Part shown: positions 36,705-50,237 of the stretch, piece after piece
Layout of the letters: each line of letters opens with the position of its first letter
Position numbering within the stretch: position 1 is the first letter of the stretch
From: Azolla caroliniana
Taxonomy: Eukaryota; Plantae; Polypodiophyta
Reading direction: 5' to 3'
DNA: 64,000 nt
Assembly (NCBI GenBank): GCA_043228905.1
Contig: JBHGNT010000011.1
Coordinates: forward strand, 7,874,001-7,938,000
Program-made: the position numbers and the translations under genes
The notes under the pieces: model-generated
What the model was told of the DNA's origin: nothing
Databases searched by the model: none
Seen by the model: the letters and a program-made list of their open reading frames with translations, nothing else

Positions 36705-39700
36705 ATGTTAGTGGTCACAGATCTCTGGTTGCCGGTACAATTCGAAGACAAAAGACAAGATAAAATCGATGCCGCGAACTGGGAGGTGATGCATATGAAG
36801 ACGACAACATACATTCGATGCTTCATCAACATGAGCCTGTACAACAACGTTAATCAAGATAGTAAGGCTGATGTGCTCTAGGAGAAAATAGGTACCATGC
36901 TGGAGAGCAAAAACGTTGTGAATCGGGTCTCAGTATTCCGGAAGTTAGTGAGACTCCGATACCAAGACGGCTCTAGTATGGCGGAGCACAACCTCGTTGG
37001 AAGTACCTCTAGCGGACGAGTTACTCACGTTGCTGCTGCTTGGTTCCCTCCTAGATTGTTGGGAGACGCTAGTTGTCACTTTGGGCAACGACAGGTTGGA
37101 CGGTAAACACCTATCCCTAGCAAGGGTAAAATCAAGCTTGCTAGATGAAGAAGCTCGCCGGAAAGACCGGGAGTCTGGAACCGATCTGAAGGCCTTGGTT
37201 GCGAAAGACGACAATAACCGATGTCGTGGTGTGGCGTGTTCAGGGTGAGAAAAAGCGAGGTTCCACACACATCTCATAAAGTCATGTATAAATGAAAAAT
37301 AATAATAATAGATAATTTATTGTAGCCTAGTGGTTAGGCTTAATAGGTATATATAGAGAGGTGTAGAGTTTAAGTCTCTCTTCGTGCAAACCAAGGAGTA
37401 TTTTGTTCCCCTTCCTTTTTTGTGACAAAGGAAATAAAAAATAGCATGTAATGTTAATATAGGCGCCTTTGTCCTCTATAAGAGGGGAGGAATAGAGCTT
37501 ATTATGGGGTCACCCATTTTGTCTTCTAGGGGTGTACCACTAGGGTTTCATCTTTTTCTCCTCTTCTTCTTGGGTTAGGGTTTGGTAGCCTCCCTTTCTC
37601 CTTATCACTTTCTCTTTCATCTTTTCCTTCTAGGGTTAGGGTTAGAGAGCTTCTTTCTACTTTTCTTCTTTTCTCCCCAACATATTAAGGACTTAGGATT
37701 TTAAGGTTTGTGAGTTTTGCCTCTATTATACTTCTTACTCAAGAGATTTTAGGGTTTGGGTTCCTTATACATCAACTTCTTTAGCATCTCGGTAGTAGCC
37801 AACTCGGTGGTTGGTTGTGGAAGAGAGGTTGTAGTGGCACGAGGGCTACTCTGAATCGAGGCAACATAGTCGTTGGAAGTAGTCGAGCTCGGAGCCCACT
37901 AGATTCACCTTCGCTAGATTATTTTAGGCTTTGATTCTAGGAAGTCGATGTGAGGGACTTTTTTGAACCTTAAGCATGTATTCAACAACCCTTTCCATGG
38001 TCATGATCTCAATGGGAAGCGATCTCGTCTCAAGGAGGAGGAGGGTGTAGGGCGTTTGTTTCTTAACTTGTAGAAACTTGGTAAGAAAATGCTTTTGGAC
38101 ATTTTCAAACTCTTTCCACATAGATTTAGGGATGCTACCGCCCCATACTTCCACCCCATAGAGAAGAACCGGTGTCACCAAAGTGTCGAAAAGATATTTC
38201 TTGAGAGAGAGAGAGAGAGATAGAGAGAGAGCAGAAATGTAACTATATTAAAAAATAATTCTCTATGTATTCTCTGTACATACTTGGTGCTCAGTGAGCA
38301 CCTTTTATACAAGCCTTGACCATCGGGCTGACACAAGTACTTACAGTACCTGACCGCTCATAAATGAGCATCCTACACTTACCCCCAAAATTATTCCTTG
38401 CATGGAATAACATTCTAATAGCCTCTCGGTTTACATACCGCTATGGTCATATTTTGCATACGGTTTTACACACCCAGTCTATGCACTGGGTTACGCACTA
38501 GGTTCCACACCTGTTTATGCACCCAACGTTGAGCTTGTCTCTCAACATTCTTCGTGGTGACCGATTTTTCCGCAATATCCGCATTCGACCGAGTTTTGTC
38601 GGCTCGGACCGAAATGGAAGCTCCCCCTTCTTCCGAAGGTTCCTCGATGGCTTCCATCTTGATGCCGAAATTGGGAGTTGTTTTCGTAGGTTAGACCCCG
38701 TCCGCGTTGTCCCTGGCTGAATCGGCCTCTTCTTGCACGGTCGTGTCCTCTTCCTCTGTCCGAGTGTGAGTAAAGCATGTGATGTGGCCTTCCGAGGCGT
38801 TGCTCCTTGTTCGAACATGGTTTTCTTCGACCAACAACATGGACTGAAGATTGAAGAAAGAGGGTGGATTCTCCCATGCTAGTACGAGGGTCCTCATCTC
38901 GCCGAACAATGGTGCAAGGCCGCTTAGGCATATTTGCACCATCTCATCATCATCTACATTGACACTTATTGAACTGAGTGAGTCACAAAGATCCTTGATC
39001 TTCAAGGTGTAGCTTGTGATGGACAAATCCCTTTGTTGGATGTTGTTCAACTCTTGGCAGAGTTGAAGCTTTCTCGTGGTTGTGTTGGCGTCAAAAATCT
39101 TTCATACATTCTCCCACACTTCCTTTGGCGTCTCGGCTTCTCGAATGTAGCCGAGCATGTGGTTGTGAACACATGTCGCCAAGCAATACATCACTCGGCT
39201 TGCGGCTTGCTCCCATGTTGAGTATTCGCTGTCGTTCCGGTCAGGTCGATTTTCTTGTGCTCCTTTGATGTAGCTCCAATAGCCTTGTCCAACAAGGTAT
39301 TGGTGCATCTTGTACTCCCAAGATGCAAAGTTGCTTCGATCTAGCGTCTCGTTAGGGAGAGCGCTCCCCATTTGAGTATTCATTGTCGATGAAGATTTCT
39401 TTTTTCTTTTCTTTTCCTTCTCTCTCGAATACGAGCTATGTAGTCGTACTACGATAGCGATGGACCGGTTCTTCTCGAATGTCGGCGTAGAACACAATGC
39501 ATGAGGATGGGCTAGATCGAGCTACCAAACCGCTCTGATACCATGTAAAGAATCGGATATGATTCTTGTGTAGCGGAAGAGATGTGTGTTATGAATGAGA
39601 GAAAAGAGAGAAGAGAAGAGAAACACAAGATAGATAAGCTAGAGAAATGAAATACTCAAGAAGAAGAAGATGTATATTCACAAGTAAAATAGCAAATACA

Positions 39701-42700
39701 AAATGTAGCATTACAAGGAGTCACAACCGACTTAATATGAAGTATGAACATTGAGGAGGGTGCTTTATACATAGTCACCCTCTCTCTTCATTAACTAAGT
39801 ACAACAACCACTCTCTCTTGGAGAATGTGAAGACTCATAGTCATGGGGAATATGTAACTCATCAGTTATGTGTTATAGAATATGATTCTATGACACATAG
39901 TTAATGTGTAGAGAGTTGTGGCTTGACTCTTGACCTTTGAGTAATCATAGATTCTCAAAAGGTGTGTTCACACATTGCACTATGTTGAGCTCGATGTATA
40001 TGTTCTGACATGACAGTTTCAGGTCATATTTGTAAATAATCCTAAAGTTATATGAGTATAAATATAACTAGGGCAAAAATGTTCAAAATGGTGCGTCATC
40101 ATTATTGTTGTACAAATAGAGAGAGACAAAGCAAGCGAGAGAGAAACAGAAAACATTTTCTGTTGTAACCGCCAGTCAGCGGAGACATAGAGTTGGATGT
40201 CATTGCCTCTCAATCTCGCATTGTAGCTTTCCTCTCATAGCGATAGTTGGGGTCTGTGGGCTCCCGTGGTTTTACCCGATTAGGTTTTTCCACGTTAATA
40301 TTCGGTGTTGTCTCATTCTGTGCAAGTGCATTAATCTTCATTTCCATTTTGTTTCTTCCATAGAGTGCTTAAGACTCGATTGTGCCTGAGCACTATTCTG
40401 CACAATCTGGTATCAGAGCATGGAAGATCCATTCGGCAGCATGTTCAAGCTCACTGGCTCCAACTACCCAGTGTGGAAGTGGAAGATGAGGGACATGTTT
40501 GTTACGGGCATGACCAAATCCGTGGTGAGAATTTACCGTAGTATTCTATACACTGGATAAGTGTGAGGGTTAAACGAGAGTGTAAAGAAGGGGAGGATTT
40601 TACTTTTAATCCTCAGGAATGAGGCAACCCATTAGGCCAAGTGTGAACTTGCCTGGGGGGCTTGGGTATCACTATAAATATGAGGCCTAGCTACCCTTAT
40701 TTCATCATATCTTGACTACGTCGAGACTCTATTTCGTGGTAGGTCAACTCTTGTAGCGAGCGCACCAGCACCAGGTATGACTCGACACCACGGAGGTGGT
40801 ATAGGACGCCGATTGAGGCTCGAGTCCATCTCGATCCCTTCGCTCGGGGGTGGTCGGGTGGATCGACACCCTTCTTTCTCTCTCTCCTTTCTATCTATCT
40901 ATCTTTTATCCTTATCATATGCTTACTTTAGATCATAACTCTAATAATGTTAGTGGTCACAGATCTCTGGTTGCCGGTACAATTCGAAGACAAAAGACAA
41001 GATAAAATCGATGCCGCGAACTGGGAGGTGATGCATATGAAGACGACAACATACATTCGATGCTTCATCAACATGAGCCTGTACAACAACGTTAATCAAG
41101 ATAGTAAGGCTGATGTGCTCTAGGAGAAAATAGGTACCATGCTGGAGAGCAAAAACGTTGTGAATCGGGTCTCAGTATTCCGGAAGTTAGTGAGACTCCG
41201 ATACCAAGACGGCTCTAGTATGGCGGAGCACAACCTCGTTGGAAGTACCTCTAGCGGACGAGTTACTCACGTTGCTGCTGCTTGGTTCCCTCCTAGATTG
41301 TTGGGAGACGCTAGTTGTCACTTTGGGCAACGACAGGTTGGACGGTAAACACCTATCCCTAGCAAGGGTAAAATCAAGCTTGCTAGATGAAGAAGCTCGC
41401 CGGAAAGACCGGGAGTCTGGAACCGATCTGAAGGCCTTGGTTGCGAAAGACGACAATAACCGATGTCGTGGTGTGGCGTGTTCAGGGTGAGAAAAAGCGA
41501 GGTTCCACACACATCTCATAAAGTCATGTATAAATGAAAAATAATAATAATAGATAATTTATTGTAGCCTAGTGGTTAGGCTTAATAGGTATATATAGAG
41601 AGGTGTAGAGTTTAAGTCTCTCTTCGTGCAAACCAAGGAGTATTTTGTTCCCCTTCCTTTTTTGTGACAAAGGAAATAAAAAATAGCATGTAATGTTAAT
41701 ATAGGCGCCTTTGTCCTCTATAAGAGGGGAGGAATAGAGCTTATTATGGGGTCACCCATTTTGTCTTCTAGGGGTGTACCACTAGGGTTTCATCTTTTTC
41801 TCCTCTTCTTCTTGGGTTAGGGTTTGGTAGCCTCCCTTTCTCCTTATCACTTTCTCTTTCATCTTTTCCTTCTAGGGTTAGGGTTAGAGAGCTTCTTTCT
41901 ACTTTTCTTCTTTTCTCCCCAACATATTAAGGACTTAGGATTTTAAGGTTTGTGAGTTTTGCCTCTATTATACTTCTTACTCAAGAGATTTTAGGGTTTG
42001 GGTTCCTTATACATCAACTTCTTTAGCATCTCGGTAGTAGCCAACTCGGTGGTTGGTTGTGGAAGAGAGGTTGTAGTGGCACGAGGGCTACTCTGAATCG
42101 AGGCAACATAGTCGTTGGAAGTAGTCGAGCTCGGAGCCCACTAGATTCACCTTCGCTAGATTATTTTAGGCTTTGATTCTAGGAAGTCGATGTGAGGGAC
42201 TTTTTTGAACCTTAAGCATGTATTCAACAACCCTTTCCATGGTCATGATCTCAATGGGAAGCGATCTCGTCTCAAGGAGGAGGAGGGTGTAGGGCGTTTG
42301 TTTCTTAACTTGTAGAAACTTGGTAAGAAAATGCTTTTGGACATTTTCAAACTCTTTCCACATAGATTTAGGGATGCTACCGCCCCATACTTCCACCCCA
42401 TAGAGAAGAACCGGTGTCACCAAAGTGTCGAAAAGATATTTCTTGAGAGAGAGAGAGAGAGATAGAGAGAGAGCAGAAATGTAACTATATTAAAAAATAA
42501 TTCTCTATGTATTCTCTGTACATACTTGGTGCTCAGTGAGCACCTTTTATACAAGCCTTGACCATCGGGCTGACACAAGTACTTACAGTACCTGACCGCT
42601 CATAAATGAGCATCCTACACTTACCCCCAAAATTATTCCTTGCATGGAATAACATTCTAATAGCCTCTCGGTTTACATACCGCTATGGTCATATTTTGCA

Positions 42701-45700
42701 TACGGTTTTACACACCCAGTCTATGCACTGGGTTACGCACTAGGTTCCACACCTGTTTATGCACCCAACGTTGAGCTTGTCTCTCAACATTCTTCGTGGT
42801 GACCGATTTTTCCGCAATATCCGCATTCGACCGAGTTTTGTCGGCTCGGACCGAAATGGAAGCTCCCCCTTCTTCCGAAGGTTCCTCGATGGCTTCCATC
42901 TTGATGCCGAAATTGGGAGTTGTTTTCGTAGGTTAGACCCCGTCCGCGTTGTCCCTGGCTGAATCGGCCTCTTCTTGCACGGTCGTGTCCTCTTCCTCTG
43001 TCCGAGTGTGAGTAAAGCATGTGATGTGGCCTTCCGAGGCGTTGCTCCTTGTTCGAACATGGTTTTCTTCGACCAACAACATGGACTGAAGATTGAAGAA
43101 AGAGGGTGGATTCTCCCATGCTAGTACGAGGGTCCTCATCTCGCCGAACAATGGTGCAAGGCCGCTTAGGCATATTTGCACCATCTCATCATCATCTACA
43201 TTGACACTTATTGAACTGAGTGAGTCACAAAGATCCTTGATCTTCAAGGTGTAGCTTGTGATGGACAAATCCCTTTGTTGGATGTTGTTCAACTCTTGGC
43301 AGAGTTGAAGCTTTCTCGTGGTTGTGTTGGCGTCAAAAATCTTTCATACATTCTCCCACACTTCCTTTGGCGTCTCGGCTTCTCGAATGTAGCCGAGCAT
43401 GTGGTTGTGAACACATGTCGCCAAGCAATACATCACTCGGCTTGCGGCTTGCTCCCATGTTGAGTATTCGCTGTCGTTCCGGTCAGGTCGATTTTCTTGT
43501 GCTCCTTTGATGTAGCTCCAATAGCCTTGTCCAACAAGGTATTGGTGCATCTTGTACTCCCAAGATGCAAAGTTGCTTCGATCTAGCGTCTCGTTAGGGA
43601 GAGCGCTCCCCATTTGAGTATTCATTGTCGATGAAGATTTCTTTTTTCTTTTCTTTTCCTTCTCTCTCGAATACGAGCTATGTAGTCGTACTACGATAGC
43701 GATGGACCGGTTCTTCTCGAATGTCGGCGTAGAACACAATGCATGAGGATGGGCTAGATCGAGCTACCAAACCGCTCTGATACCATGTAAAGAATCGGAT
43801 ATGATTCTTGTGTAGCGGAAGAGATGTGTGTTATGAATGAGAGAAAAGAGAGAAGAGAAGAGAAACACAAGATAGATAAGCTAGAGAAATGAAATACTCA
43901 AGAAGAAGAAGATGTATATTCACAAGTAAAATAGCAAATACAAAATGTAGCATTACAAGGAGTCACAACCGACTTAATATGAAGTATGAACATTGAGGAG
44001 GGTGCTTTATACATAGTCACCCTCTCTCTTCATTAACTAAGTACAACAACCACTCTCTCTTGGAGAATGTGAAGACTCATAGTCATGGGGAATATGTAAC
44101 TCATCAGTTATGTGTTATAGAATATGATTCTATGACACATAGTTAATGTGTAGAGAGTTGTGGCTTGACTCTTGACCTTTGAGTAATCATAGATTCTCAA
44201 AAGGTGTGTTCACACATTGCACTATGTTGAGCTCGATGTATATGTTCTGACATGACAGTTTCAGGTCATATTTGTAAATAATCCTAAAGTTATATGAGTA
44301 TAAATATAACTAGGGCAAAAATGTTCAAAATGGTGCGTCATCATTATTGTTGTACAAATAGAGAGAGACAAAGCAAGCGAGAGAGAAACAGAAAACATTT
44401 TCTGTTGTAACCGCCAGTCAGCGGAGACATAGAGTTGGATGTCATTGCCTCTCAATCTCGCATTGTAGCTTTCCTCTCATAGCGATAGTTGGGGTCTGTG
44501 GGCTCCCGTGGTTTTACCCGATTAGGTTTTTCCACGTTAATATTCGGTGTTGTCTCATTCTGTGCAAGTGCATTAATCTTCATTTCCATTTTGTTTCTTC
44601 CATAGAGTGCTTAAGACTCGATTGTGCCTGAGCACTATTCTGCACAATCTGGTATCAGAGCATGGAAGATCCATTCGGCAGCATGTTCAAGCTCACTGGC
44701 TCCAACTACCCAGTGTGGAAGTGGAAGATGAGGGACATGTTTGTTACGGGCATGACCAAATCCGTGGTGAGAATTTACCGTAGTATTCTATACACTGGAT
44801 AAGTGTGAGGGTTAAACGAGAGTGTAAAGAAGGGGAGGATTTTACTTTTAATCCTCAGGAATGAGGCAACCCATTAGGCCAAGTGTGAACTTGCCTGGGG
44901 GGCTTGGGTATCACTATAAATATGAGGCCTAGCTACCCTTATTTCATCATATCTTGACTACGTCGAGACTCTATTTCGTGGTAGGTCAACTCTTGTAGCG
45001 AGCGCACCAGCACCAGGTATGACTCGACACCACGGAGGTGGTATAGGACGCCGATTGAGGCTCGAGTCCATCTCGATCCCTTCGCTCGGGGGTGGTCGGG
45101 TGGATCGACACCCTTCTTTCTCTCTCTCCTTTCTATCTATCTATCTTTTATCCTTATCATATGCTTACTTTAGATCATAACTCTAATAATGTTAGTGGTC
45201 ACAGATCTCTGGTTGCCGGTACAATTCGAAGACAAAAGACAAGATAAAATCGATGCCGCGAACTGGGAGGTGATGCATATGAAGACGACAACATACATTC
45301 GATGCTTCATCAACATGAGCCTGTACAACAACGTTAATCAAGATAGTAAGGCTGATGTGCTCTAGGAGAAAATAGGTACCATGCTGGAGAGCAAAAACGT
45401 TGTGAATCGGGTCTCAGTATTCCGGAAGTTAGTGAGACTCCGATACCAAGACGGCTCTAGTATGGCGGAGCACAACCTCGTTGGAAGTACCTCTAGCGGA
45501 CGAGTTACTCACGTTGCTGCTGCTTGGTTCCCTCCTAGATTGTTGGGAGACGCTAGTTGTCACTTTGGGCAACGACAGGTTGGACGGTAAACACCTATCC
45601 CTAGCAAGGGTAAAATCAAGCTTGCTAGATGAAGAAGCTCGCCGGAAAGACCGGGAGTCTGGAACCGATCTGAAGGCCTTGGTTGCGAAAGATGACAATA

Positions 45701-45705
45701 ACCGA

Positions 45706-46732
45706 TGTCGTGGTGTGGCGTGTTCAGGGTGAGAAAAAGCGAGGTTCCACACACATCTCATAAAGTCATGTATAAATGAAAAATAATAATAATAGATAAT
45801 TTATTGTAGCCTAGTGGTTAGGCTTAATAGGTATATATAGAGAGGTGTAGAGTTTAAGTCTCTCTTCGTGCAAACCAAGGAGTATTTTGTTCCCCTTCCT
45901 TTTTTGTGACAAAGGAAATAAAAAATAGCATGTAATGTTAATATAGGCGCCTTTGTCCTCTATAAGAGGGGAGGAATAGAGCTTATTATGGGGTCACCCA
46001 TTTTGTCTTCTAGGGGTGTACCACTAGGGTTTCATCTTTTTCTCCTCTTCTTCTTGGGTTAGGGTTTGGTAGCCTCCCTTTCTCCTTATCACTTTCTCTT
46101 TCATCTTTTCCTTCTAGGGTTAGGGTTAGAGAGCTTCTTTCTACTTTTCTTCTTTTCTCCCCAACATATTAAGGACTTAGGATTTTAAGGTTTGTGAGTT
46201 TTGCCTCTATTATACTTCTTACTCAAGAGATTTTAGGGTTTGGGTTCCTTATACATCAACTTCTTTAGCATCTCGGTAGTAGCCAACTCGGTGGTTGGTT
46301 GTGGAAGAGAGGTTGTAGTGGCACGAGGGCTACTCTGAATCGAGGCAACATAGTCGTTGGAAGTAGTCGAGCTCGGAGCCCACTAGATTCACCTTCGCTA
46401 GATTATTTTAGGCTTTGATTATTTGATAACCGATCGTTGTAAAAACCACCAAAATCGTGGTGTCAAGCGTAGCAATTCTAAAGAAATCAAAAACCCGTTT
46501 TGATTCATAGCCATTTTTTATTAATCATGAAATTGATTCTATGTAAGAAAGAAAACCACTGAAATCGTGGTATTAAACCTAATTGTTGTTTAAAGCCAAT
46601 TTTATATCAAAACTTATGTATATTTCCTCATGTCTTTGTCTTAATATCCCCCTTCCTCACCTCTTCTGTCTCCCCGGTCCAAGGCCCCGGCGGTCCCGTT
46701 CGAGAGATACACGCAAGCAAAACTTTGTGACA
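45706..46732. mobile_element. About 1-kb solo LTR with a 4-bp TSD (CCGA/CCGG); truncated copies at 37222-37933 and 41464-42175
   Basis: TGTCG...TGACA. Removing it rejoins gag DNNRGR as in the homolog near 1741-1770. Contains TTAGGGTT motifs. Confidence 0.8.
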
Positions 46733-49397
46733 CCGGGGAAGAGGCTAGAATTAGAGTCCCCAAAACAGGGACAAATCAGGGACGAGGTCGAAGTCAAGAG
46801 GGACGCCCATTTGTTTTTATTATAGAAAGCTGGGGAACTTCCAGAAGAATTGCCGACACTTCCGTAAGGAGAAAGGAACCAACAATGCCGACTCAAAGAA
46901 GGGTCCGGACCGGAGAAGTTCAGATTAGAAAGGAACGTTGGCAATCGCAACAAGCGAGGAAGATCTACTACTCATCATCGAGGAGAGTGAGCTACATCTT
47001 CGTCAGCAATGAGACGATATGGGTGGTCGACTCAGGAGCATCGTTCCATCTAACTCCCGATCAGAAGTGCTTCGCATCTTACAGAGCTAGAGATCATGGC
47101 TGTGTGAGGATGGGGAATGAAGGTGCATGCCAGATTGTCGGCATAGGAGATGTGTGGTTGACGACGTCAACCGGGTGCAAGTTGCTGTTGAAAGATGTAC
47201 AACACGTTCCGGAGGTTCGGTTGAACCTGATATCAGCCGGTAGGCTAGATGATGAAGGCTACATGGGTAGCATCGGGAATGGAGTCATGAAGTTTTACAA
47301 AGGAAGCCTGATTGTGGCTCGAGCCTGGAAGATCAACACATTGTACCTGATGCATGCCCAGATATGCCGGGAAGAAGTGATCGTGGCATCTGAAAATGCT
47401 GGTGAGTTGTGGCACAAGAGGTTGTGCCACATGAGCCAGAAAGGGATGTGTAAAGTTGCCGAGGATAACCTCATTCCGGCGGAGAAAGACGTGCAACTTG
47501 AGATATGCACCAACTGCTTCTCCGGCAAGCAAAATCGAACCTCCTTTTGGACAAGACCACCGATGAGACGGAATGCACTGCTAGAACTTGTGCATACTGA
47601 TGTATGCCAAGTGGACACAAAGTCACATGCTAGGTCGCAATACTTCATGATGTTCATAGATGACCACAACTGGAAGTTGTGGGTCTCACCAATGAAGATG
47701 AAGGATCAGGTATTATTCATCTTTAGGGATTTTCACACGAGAGTGGAAAGGGAAACCGGCCAGAAGCTAAAGGCGGTTTGAGCGGACTACGACGGTGAAT
47801 ACTAGGCGCAGTTCGAGGAGTACTGCCGGGCGAAGGAAATCCGGCTCGAATATATCGTGCCGAAGACACCGGAGCTAAATGGATTGCTCGAAAGGATGAA
47901 CCGAACCATGATGTCTCAAGAGAGTTCGGAGCATGCTGGCACATGCAAAGTTGCCCAAGACGTTTTGGGCTGAGGCATTGATGAAAACGACATACGTGAT
48001 AAACAAATCACCATCAACACCCTTGGACGGAGACACACCACAGAGGGTATGGACCATTAGAGACATGTCTTATTGGCATCTGAAGTTATTCAGCTATTTC
48101 GCTTACGTGCATGTTGCAAAGGACAAGAGAGCGAAATTGTATCCGAAGTCCCGACCATGCATATTCCTTGGATATGGCGATGATGAGTTCGGCTACCAAG
48201 TGTGGGACTTGATCGACAAGAAGGTGTTTCGGAGTTGAGACATAATCTTCATGGAAGAAAAGACCATTACCGACTGGGAGTTAGAGAAGAAGAGAGTGAA
48301 CTTCAGGTCGACCGACAGAAATCGGTCAGAAGATACAAGGACCCCTTTGGCCAGAAGCCGGATGACACTCGAAGAACCGGCTGGAGTCAGACAAGAAACC
48401 AAACCGATCGAAGAAGAAGAATTGGACACCGAAACTAGACAAGATCCCGAAACAGATTCAGATGAAGAATAAACGGAGGAACAAGTGGTCAAAAACTAGG
48501 ATGGAGATATCCTCTAAGAAAGAGATGCCCCCCCGGAGATTCCCATATGCAAAGCATGTTTTACTGACCAACGAGGGGGAGTCGGAAAGCTTTGAAGAAG
48601 CAAAGAAAGACACCCACAACCGCAAGTGGTTAAGTGTCATGCAAGACGCGTTGGATTCCCTGCATGAGAACCACACATATGAATTGACGGAGCTACCGAT
48701 GGGAAAGAGAGTGCTCCAGAACAAGTGGGTGAACAAGTTGAAACCGAGAGATGCCGAAAATCCACCAAGGTACAAAGCTCAGATCATGTTGAAGGGGTTT
48801 CGACAGAAGAAAGGAGTGGATTTCGATGAGATCTTTGCCCCAGTAGTTTAGATGACATCCATCCGGATTGTGCTGAGCATAATGGTAAGCATGGACCTCG
48901 AGGTCGGACAACTAGATGTGAAGACGACGTTCCTTCATGGAGACCTTGAGGAGGAGATCTACATGAAGCAACAAAAAGGATTCTTCAAGAAAGGGAAGGA
49001 GCACCTGATGTGCTGGTTGAAGAAGAGCTTATCCGAATTGAAGCAAGATTCCCGACAATGGTATTGGAAGCTCAACTCTTTCATGACCTACGAAGGATAC
49101 TACTAGACGCAGGCCAACCACTGCGTGTTCGTGAAGAGATTCGATGGAGGTGACTTCCTGATACTTCTGATGTATGTGGACGACATGCTGATCGTCGGAC
49201 CGAACCGTATCAAAAATCTAAATGTTGAAGAAGACCCTGAGCCGGTCCTTGTCAATGAAAGATATGGGTCTGGCGAGACAGATACTAGGGATGCACATAA
49301 TCCGGAACCGGATGAAGAAGATATTGTGGTTGTCACAAGAGAAGTACGTGACAAATGTGCTTTAGAGGTTCAACATGTCGAATGCGAACCTGGTCGG

Positions 49398-50194
49398 TGT
49401 CGTGAAGAAAACCGTCCATAGGCGGAATCGGCGCACCAAGGCGTGGGAACCGGTTCTTCACGCGCGCACGCTCCGAGTTGTACGTAGAAGCGAATTAGGA
49501 GGATAATCGGCGGGAACGGGCCCTAACACAAGTGGAGACAAAGACCGCGCGAACAGTCTTTTCGGTCGCGCGCGCGAGCGAAGGAACTGTACGAGTCGGC
49601 GGCGTAACTACGCGGATGCGTGAAGGACGAAGCGAATCCCTGTCCAAAAGGGACAGGGATTAAAGCTGACATGACGGCCTGCTCGTCGGCCTATATAAGG
49701 AGCAGGAAAGAGCTATTGCAGTATCGGGCGGGGAGAGAACGAAGTGCTGTCGGACCGTTTCTGGACGCCTCTCTCTCTCTCTGTTTCCTTCCTTCTTGAG
49801 CTCCAGAGCTTTCTGTGCAGGGTTCCGAGGAGGCTTGCGCTGTTTCGAGGAACGCCCGAGTGCTTCCGGCAGCACCTCCGACCGGCTACCCCTTTGTGCG
49901 TCGAAGCGAACAGGCATCGGCATCTGTTCGCCGGTCTGTTCGGTTGTAACCAACCTGTGCCCCATCGAGGGTTGTAGTCGTGTTAGCCATAATTTCCTTA
50001 ATATATATATTTAGTCATTCGCATCTGTCTGTGTCGGTGTTCGTTCGCGTTCTCCGTGTTGAAGGGCCGTGTCCCTGTGTATCCCCGGTTCTGCGTAGCC
50101 TGTTCTCTCTCTTTCTCCTCCCTCGCTTGCTCTTTGGTTCGAGACCCCCGCGGTCCTGCCTCGTTTCCACACGCACTTGCGTAATAACTCGACA
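49398..50194 (+). repeat. 5' LTR
   Basis: TGTCG...CGACA; TATA CTATATAAG near 49691. Confidence 0.97.
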
Positions 50195-50197
50195 TCT

Positions 50198-50215
50198 TGG
50201 TGAACCCGACGTGAA
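50198..50215 (+). promoter_or_regulatory. PBS complementary to tRNA-Trp
   Basis: TGGTGAACCCGACGTGAA is the complement of the plant tRNA-Trp 3' end TTCACGTCGGGTTCACCA (tRNA sequence from recollection). Confidence 0.85.
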
Positions 50216-50237
50216 AGAGGCGGCAGAAGAGCAGAAG

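Larger units (their letters stand above)
33692..46420. repeat. Tandem triplication, 4242-bp unit
   Basis: ORF track and sequence recur at +4242 and +8484. Units start at 33692, 37934 and 42176, with ATT microhomology at the junctions. Confidence 0.97.

Noticed and set aside
49125-49421. Novel acidic peptide after YVDD
   Set aside because: Frameshifted copia RT: another frame reads MKDMGLARQILGM..LSQEKY and continues after 56719.
49980-50237. N-terminal 86 aa of the 795-aa track ORF
   Set aside because: It lies in the LTR and PBS with a non-ATG start. The ATG at 50238 is the more plausible start.
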